Of a DNA stretch of 10,337 nucleotides, positions 5,270 through 10,337 are shown piece by piece (positions within the stretch are counted from its first letter, which is position 1; the number at the start of each line of letters is the position of its first letter). The notes below the pieces were generated by a model. It had not been told where the DNA came from. It ran no database searches and saw nothing but the letters and a program-made list of their open reading frames with translations. Both the position numbers and the translations under genes were made by a program. Source of the stretch: Candidatus Heimdallarchaeota archaeon (GTDB lineage Archaea > Asgardarchaeota > Heimdallarchaeia > Heimdallarchaeales > Heimdallarchaeaceae); assembly GCA_030668825.1 (NCBI GenBank), contig DAOVET010000093.1, positions 1-10,337 on the forward strand, given 5' to 3'.

Positions 5270-8200
5270 CTACTCCAGATTCCTTGGCATATATTTTGCA
5301 TAATTTCTTTTCATCGACAGATAAAATATCCCCATGAATAGTACAGGTGCTACTACATACGCGATAATAAACGCTACTGCGTTGAATTTCCACAGATAAT
5401 TTATTCCACTATAGAAGAATCTCTTCGTTGCCCAGGTGAATCCCCACATTATAGCGAACCCCACCCCTGTTCCTAATATCAACCCTGGTATAATTCCAGT
5501 AAACATCGCTTCGAACATCGTTAATCGTATAATTCGTTTCGTCGATATTCCCATTTTCTTCAGTCTATCATTTTTTGTTATTCTTTGTTGCAGAATCTTT
5601 ATGGGATTGCTTATGCTTATGAAAGCTATAGCTATTAGACACACTAGCATTGAAAGAGCGAATTCTGCCGAAACTATGTTGAAGAATGGAAATGTTTCAA
5701 ATTGCCTTTCATCACTATCAGTAATTGCTGAATCTATGCCTAGGTTCAATTCTTCAGTTAGATAATGCTCTATCAATGTAAAATTTGCATTTTCTGACAG
5801 CCTAATGAGTAACCTATCTTTATATTTCTCACTTGCGATGTTCACAGTTTCTCTTATTCTCTCAAAATTAGATTGTGTCATTACCACACCTGCGATTCTA
5901 ACAGTTACTCCTGGAATATACTCTCCTGATGTATAAAAAACAGGAATGTAGTTGAATATGTCATATATTTCGAATGTTAAATTCATTGGTGGAAAGAGTG
6001 ACTCAAATTCGAATTCATATTTCTCTCCTGCTCTATCATCATAGAAATATTTTGTGCTAAGCATTGTGTCATTAGCTTCTAGTGCCGTTATTGTCTCTTC
6101 CCAATTATTAAATAGCCTACTTGGAGGCGTATATACCGTGTTCAAGAATTCAGTAGTATTCTCTATCAGATACACTGCTAATGGTTCAAAATCATAACTA
6201 GCTTCTACTTCATGAACAAACGCAGTGCTTTCTACTCCTTGTATAGCTTGAATCTCTGGCAACAGAGATTGATTCTGATCCATCCAATTCTTAACGTATA
6301 TATCTGCACCATTATACAAATATGCATCTTTATCATAATTGAATTCTACAGTTAAGGGGCTCATAATTGATGGTATAGTAATCCCTACTATTAGTAGAAA
6401 AGCAAAGAACATGTTACTGAATAGTTTGATGTCTGATCGAACTTCAACTAAAGTAAATGACCCTATAGTTTTTCTCCGATTCCACGAAATTTTGCTTATT
6501 GCGATCATAATAACTCCATGCAAATCTTTGAGCAATAATCCAATACCTAGTAGAGCTAATAGAACACCTAAGCCTGCAAGATAGACATTAATCATTAGTA
6601 TTGATGTATTTCCTATAGAGGATAGGTTTCTTAGATTTACTTTGTACAAACTGAAGAAAAGTAGAGTTAGACCTATACCAACTCCAATCAGTAGTATTGT
6701 TGGAAGTCTTATTTGTTTTAACAGAGTAACAAGTCTTTGAGGAGTTTTTTGGAAAGTGGTTTTCTTTGTTGAAACTTGTATAATCTTTGGTATAGAGACC
6801 ACTATTAAGGCCGTTATAGTAAATAGTGTGGCCCATCCTAAACCACTGAAATTCAGTACTTGATTCTGCTGGTTGAATGTAAGAAAGGAATCAACTTTCA
6901 GTAATGGAGGTACTAAAGCAAAAGATAAGCCAAACCCGACAAATGATGCTGCTATAGCTTCAAAAATCTTCAAAATCATATAATTAAAGGCTATTCTTCC
7001 AGAAGATAGTCCTTTTGTTTGAAATATTTCTATTTCTTGTTCTAGTCCTTGCGAATACAACTCATTTGTTTCAAATATCAGGAAAATTGCCAAATATAGA
7101 ATTGGTACAGCTAACATGAAAAACAGTAGCATTGATGATTGAATTCTCGGTTCGAGAATCTCTATCATTTTATCTAATTCAGTGTTAAAATCCCAATATC
7201 CATTTTTCATATCTCCAGTGAATTTAAAAAAGTGATAGTTCTCAGATATTATTGCAATGTCTTCCTTTAACTGAGTTAGCATCTCAGGTTTGAAATTACT
7301 GAAATCATAATAGAGTTGTACATAAGTATTTACGAACATATAGTATGGATTTAATCCTTCTAAGTTAGCCCAAGCATTTTCACCAAAAGAGACCATTCCT
7401 CCATAAAGGTTAGTTAAAACTTGAGCAGAATCCATGGGAAGATTATAATCAGTCCAAATTCTTTCAAAATCTGCTGGACCTGGAGATTCAAATAATCCGA
7501 CAATTGTTAGGTTTACATGTGTATCTCCTAGATAAGTATTATAAGAACCAATTTGAGATCCCCAGAAAGTGATTGTGTCATCTACTGTAACATTCAAATT
7601 TATGGTAGGAATATGATCAACAGTATGAGCAATATCATAATGTAATAAGACTTCTCCTGGTGCATATGGCAATCTTCCCTCAACTATGAACTCATTTATG
7701 AAATCGCTGTAATTGTTTGATACAGCCATATATGTTACAACTCTTAAAGAACTAGTATTAGACGTCATGTCCTCTATCATTCCATAGAACTGCGTCGAGT
7801 ATTCAAACCCACTCACAATACTCGCAAAAACTTCTTGTTCTAGTTTAAATCCTGTGAAAATTTCACTTAATGCAACTTGCTCATAATTTTGGACAGCTGG
7901 AATGCTTACATCTTGGGTTCTTGTATCGTAACTGTAAGATAAAGATAAGCTTTCTTTTCCATCATTTAGTATGTTTAGAGTATTTGTATATTCATCAAAC
8001 AATACTTCTCTCTTTGAACTATAAAGTGCAGTACTTGTTAGTATAATTAAAGCCAAAACAGTCATGCTAATTAGATTCATCAGATGACGTTTCTTGTTTG
8101 TTTTAAAAAGATCAAAAAGTGATGAGAAGAAATTAGAGATAAATACCCAGGAATTGATAAAAGGTAAAAAGAGTTTGTTCTTATCCTCATAAATTGGTCT

Positions 8201-9625
8201 GGTCAAGTATCTTTTAATTATAATGAAACCTCTTTTTACTCTCTTTCTAAGCAATATGATAATAAGAGCTAAAACTGATCCAGCAACTATTAAATAAATG
8301 CCAACGTTCTTGAAAAAGATCTGAAATCTATTTAGTTCCTCTAAACCAAGAAAACCAAGTTTCTTAAATTCTTCAATATCATAATCTGAGGAAACATAGA
8401 ATGCAATCATCTCCTCTTCTGAAAAGATACGACCTGGCAGATCTCCTTGTGCTAAAAGCGTTGTATGTGTAAATATTCTTTTTCCATCTTCTGTTTCATA
8501 AACATAGAATGAATGATAATTATCTTTGTCAGGGACATTATAAATGAAGATTTCTTCTTTTGTGAAACTGGTATAGTCGTCAGTTATAATAGCAACCTTT
8601 GACTTCAGGTTATTTCCAGAGAAAAATTCCTCTGTACTAACATGGGGTTCTGAGTCAATAATATATTTTGAGTTGTTTTCTCCTTGAGCAACATAAAAAT
8701 TATTGTATGGATAAACTCCTGTGGTTGTAACATTGAAATCAGCGAAATCAATAGTTTGGTTTATAGAATATTTTAGACGATAAATCTTATCGTCTCTTGC
8801 CATTACTAAACTGAAATTTCCATCATTTGTTAAATAAAACCTCGGATCAAATCCTCCTTCAAGTAGAATCATAGAATTTGACACATAAGAATCGTTGTAC
8901 CCTTTCGTAACTATTGTTGTATACGTGTGTTCATAGGAAAATCTAGGAGTTTCTCTATACAAACTATAGATTGTACCATTGACATAGTGATAATCAACTA
9001 AATAATCAAATTCTGCATCAAGAATCCATCTCTCCTCAAGAATATGTGAGCCATTTTCATAAAATCGTGTCATTTCAAACCTTGTTGTAGCAATTTCTGA
9101 TGTTGGAGGCCAATTTTGAATGAAAGCTAAAACCATAACCATTGTGTTATTTTCTTCATGGTATAGTTTCATACGAGGATAGTTCATGTTAGCGTTGTAA
9201 GCATAAAATTCCTCATCACTTGGACCAGCTGTTTCTGTCCAGATGTATCTATGGAATTTCATATAGCCAAAGAAAGTGTGAAATGCATAAAATAATTCAA
9301 TCCCCCCTTCTATAGTGAACAACTCGAAATAGTCAATATTGAAATCCTCGATTATTACGATGTTGGTTTCATCATTTACCTTATGAATTATCATAAATGT
9401 ACTATTTTCATATAAAATTCGTGCGAGAAAATGAAAATTACCTGAAGTATCTACAATTGATTTAGTTTCTATACCTATTTCATCTCCTGTTCTGTTAAGG
9501 AGTAAGAATAGCTCATCATCCATTTCTATTTGAGCATTCACTCTCAATTGCTGACTAAGTGATACTGTTGATGAAACAAATAAGATTATCATGAATAATA
9601 GATAAAGGGGCTTTTTTCTCTTCAT
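5270..9625 (-). CDS. Large ABC permease, FtsX/MacB (type VII) family, with two fused permease halves and an additional N-terminal extracellular domain, 1451 aa
   Basis: Signal or anchor sequence (MKRKKPLYLLFMIILFVSS), then ~400 aa hydrophilic aromatic-rich domain and a TM helix (VGIYLIVAGSVLALIIILLRKR). MacB-PCD motifs IVEGRLP..PGEVLL and NLTIVGLF; FtsX motif EQEIEIFQTKGLSSGRI; second half with NGADIYV and QRITKNDRLKKMGISTKRIIRLTMFEA. Stop codon is 9 nt from the ATPase start, consistent with an operon. Confidence 0.9.
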   Translation of the reverse strand: MKRKKPLYLLFMIILFVSSTVSLSQQLRVNAQIEMDDELFLLLNRTGDEIGIETKSIVDTSGNFHFLARILYENSTFMIIHKVNDETNIVIIEDFNIDYFELFTIEGGIELFYAFHTFFGYMKFHRYIWTETAGPSDEEFYAYNANMNYPRMKLYHEENNTMVMVLAFIQNWPPTSEIATTRFEMTRFYENGSHILEERWILDAEFDYLVDYHYVNGTIYSLYRETPRFSYEHTYTTIVTKGYNDSYVSNSMILLEGGFDPRFYLTNDGNFSLVMARDDKIYRLKYSINQTIDFADFNVTTTGVYPYNNFYVAQGENNSKYIIDSEPHVSTEEFFSGNNLKSKVAIITDDYTSFTKEEIFIYNVPDKDNYHSFYVYETEDGKRIFTHTTLLAQGDLPGRIFSEEEMIAFYVSSDYDIEEFKKLGFLGLEELNRFQIFFKNVGIYLIVAGSVLALIIILLRKRVKRGFIIIKRYLTRPIYEDKNKLFLPFINSWVFISNFFSSLFDLFKTNKKRHLMNLISMTVLALIILTSTALYSSKREVLFDEYTNTLNILNDGKESLSLSYSYDTRTQDVSIPAVQNYEQVALSEIFTGFKLEQEVFASIVSGFEYSTQFYGMIEDMTSNTSSLRVVTYMAVSNNYSDFINEFIVEGRLPYAPGEVLLHYDIAHTVDHIPTINLNVTVDDTITFWGSQIGSYNTYLGDTHVNLTIVGLFESPGPADFERIWTDYNLPMDSAQVLTNLYGGMVSFGENAWANLEGLNPYYMFVNTYVQLYYDFSNFKPEMLTQLKEDIAIISENYHFFKFTGDMKNGYWDFNTELDKMIEILEPRIQSSMLLFFMLAVPILYLAIFLIFETNELYSQGLEQEIEIFQTKGLSSGRIAFNYMILKIFEAIAASFVGFGLSFALVPPLLKVDSFLTFNQQNQVLNFSGLGWATLFTITALIVVSIPKIIQVSTKKTTFQKTPQRLVTLLKQIRLPTILLIGVGIGLTLLFFSLYKVNLRNLSSIGNTSILMINVYLAGLGVLLALLGIGLLLKDLHGVIMIAISKISWNRRKTIGSFTLVEVRSDIKLFSNMFFAFLLIVGITIPSIMSPLTVEFNYDKDAYLYNGADIYVKNWMDQNQSLLPEIQAIQGVESTAFVHEVEASYDFEPLAVYLIENTTEFLNTVYTPPSRLFNNWEETITALEANDTMLSTKYFYDDRAGEKYEFEFESLFPPMNLTFEIYDIFNYIPVFYTSGEYIPGVTVRIAGVVMTQSNFERIRETVNIASEKYKDRLLIRLSENANFTLIEHYLTEELNLGIDSAITDSDERQFETFPFFNIVSAEFALSMLVCLIAIAFISISNPIKILQQRITKNDRLKKMGISTKRIIRLTMFEAMFTGIIPGLILGTGVGFAIMWGFTWATKRFFYSGINYLWKFNAVAFIIAYVVAPVLFMGIFYLSMKRNYAKYMPRNLE

Positions 9626-9714
9626 TCTACTTCTTCCAATATATTTACACTTATATTTCTATTGCTTAACAATTTTGAGCATGATTTGCATAAAAAATTC
9701 TCTCAAAAGGTCGT

Positions 9715-9737
9715 GAGAATGCTTCTAACCCATTCTC
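9715..9737. repeat. Inverted repeat GAGAATG-N9-CATTCTC in the divergent intergenic region
   Basis: Perfect 7-bp arms at 9715-9721 and 9731-9737. Confidence 0.6.
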
Positions 9738-9788
9738 GGGAACTATAATGCTTGAAAAAGAGGTTTAGTACTGTATATTCTTTGTCTG

Positions 9789-9813
9789 AAAATGAGAAAG
9801 GTATTCTCATTTT
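9789..9813. promoter_or_regulatory. Perfect inverted repeat AAAATGAGAA-N5-TTCTCATTTT, candidate transcription-factor operator
   Basis: 10-bp arms at 9789-9798 and 9804-9813, between divergent genes. Shares the GAGAA/TTCTC core with the 9715-9737 repeat. Confidence 0.55.
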
Positions 9814-9852
9814 TGTATGTGTGTGTTCTCATATTATCTTTTTTTCTGCTTT

Positions 9853-9866
9853 GAAAAGTTTAAATA
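9853..9866 (+). promoter_or_regulatory. Archaeal BRE + TATA box for the VTT/DedA gene
   Basis: GAAAAG (BRE-like, 9853-9858) followed by TTTAAATA (9859-9866), ending 23 nt before ATG9890. This spacing fits a leaderless or short-leader transcript. Confidence 0.65.
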
Positions 9867-9889
9867 GTAAAGCAAGTTGATAGAACAAG

Positions 9890-10337
9890 ATGAGCAGCTC
9901 AATAGAATCAAATAATGCTGATTCAGTCAATGATGAATCTTTGAAGAACAATGATTCATTAACTCCTACTGGAAGAAAGAAAGTAGTTTGGACAAAGAAA
10001 CGTATTGTTCTTGTAGCGTTTTTTGTGATATTAGTCATTGTTTCTATAGCTGTATTAATTATGATTATAATAGATAAAACATTTCTTTTCGAGATAATCC
10101 GAGATTATTTCCTAGCTCCCCTTGTTAGAATGGGTTATTGGTCCATTTTTCTCTTTCTAGCGCTTATGATCGTTCAAAGCTTGATCGTACCTATCCCTTC
10201 TGAATTGGTTTTGTTATGTGGGGGGATGCTTTATGGAATCTGGCTTGGATTACTTGTTGGAGTGATTGGGTCTGTTTTAAGCGGTGTTGTAACATTCTAT
10301 ATTGCAAACAAAGGGGGGAGACCTATTCTAGAAGCTA
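9890..10337 (+). CDS. TVP38/TMEM64 family (VTT / SNARE-associated / DedA superfamily) membrane protein, 3' end outside the window
   Basis: Manual translation, open to the window end: MSSSIESNNADSVNDESLKNNDSLTPTGRKKVVWTKKRIVLVAFFVILVIVSIAVLIMIIIDKTFLFEIIRDYFLAPLVRMGYWSIFLFLALMIVQSLIVPIPSELVLLCGGMLYGIWLGLLVGVIGSVLSGVVTFYIANKGGRPILEA. Contains the family pattern Q..IVPIPSE.V...GG.LYG...G......G..L......FYIA..GGRP. Confidence 0.9.
   Translation, partial: MSSSIESNNADSVNDESLKNNDSLTPTGRKKVVWTKKRIVLVAFFVILVIVSIAVLIMIIIDKTFLFEIIRDYFLAPLVRMGYWSIFLFLALMIVQSLIVPIPSELVLLCGGMLYGIWLGLLVGVIGSVLSGVVTFYIANKGGRPILEA

Noticed and set aside
3675-6836. Short ORFs 3675-3869, 5001-5231, 5124-5393, 5436-5765, 6339-6584 and 6588-6836
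   Set aside because: All overlap the ABC ATPase or permease genes. The Cys-rich 5124-5393 frame has no coherent metal-binding pattern and spans an operon junction.
9829-10038. Minus-strand 69-aa ORF
   Set aside because: Antisense to the VTT/DedA gene start and its promoter.
1-10337. CRISPR arrays, tRNA/rRNA genes, transposases or integrases
   Set aside because: No regularly spaced direct repeats, cloverleaf or rRNA-like GC-rich segments, or mobile-element ORFs were seen. The window is almost fully protein coding.

Overview
AT-rich archaeal window. An Asgard/Heimdallarchaeia-like origin is inferred from BRE-TATA promoters, a methanogen-type SerRS and a very large, sequon-rich FtsX/MacB-type permease; this is not proven. 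Minus strand, in transcription order: a 1451-aa double-FtsX (type VII ABC) permease with an extra ~400-aa N-terminal ectodomain; a 580-aa protein with two LolD/MacB-type ATPase domains joined by an AbrB-like module; type-2 seryl-tRNA synthetase; low-specificity L-threonine aldolase; and a >=236-aa ORF (708 to <1) missing from the ORF track because it runs off the window. Plus strand: a partial TVP38/TMEM64 (VTT/DedA) membrane protein gene, also absent from the track. The most striking observation is the untracked left-edge ORF. Its layout is coiled coil (BRK1/HSPC300-like pattern), Pro/Gly/Ser/Ala-rich linker, two tandem WH2-like motifs, a basic-ended amphipathic helix and an acidic patch. That order resembles the VVCA module of eukaryotic WASP/WAVE actin nucleation-promoting factors. 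This is a by-eye hypothesis that needs HMM and structure checks.
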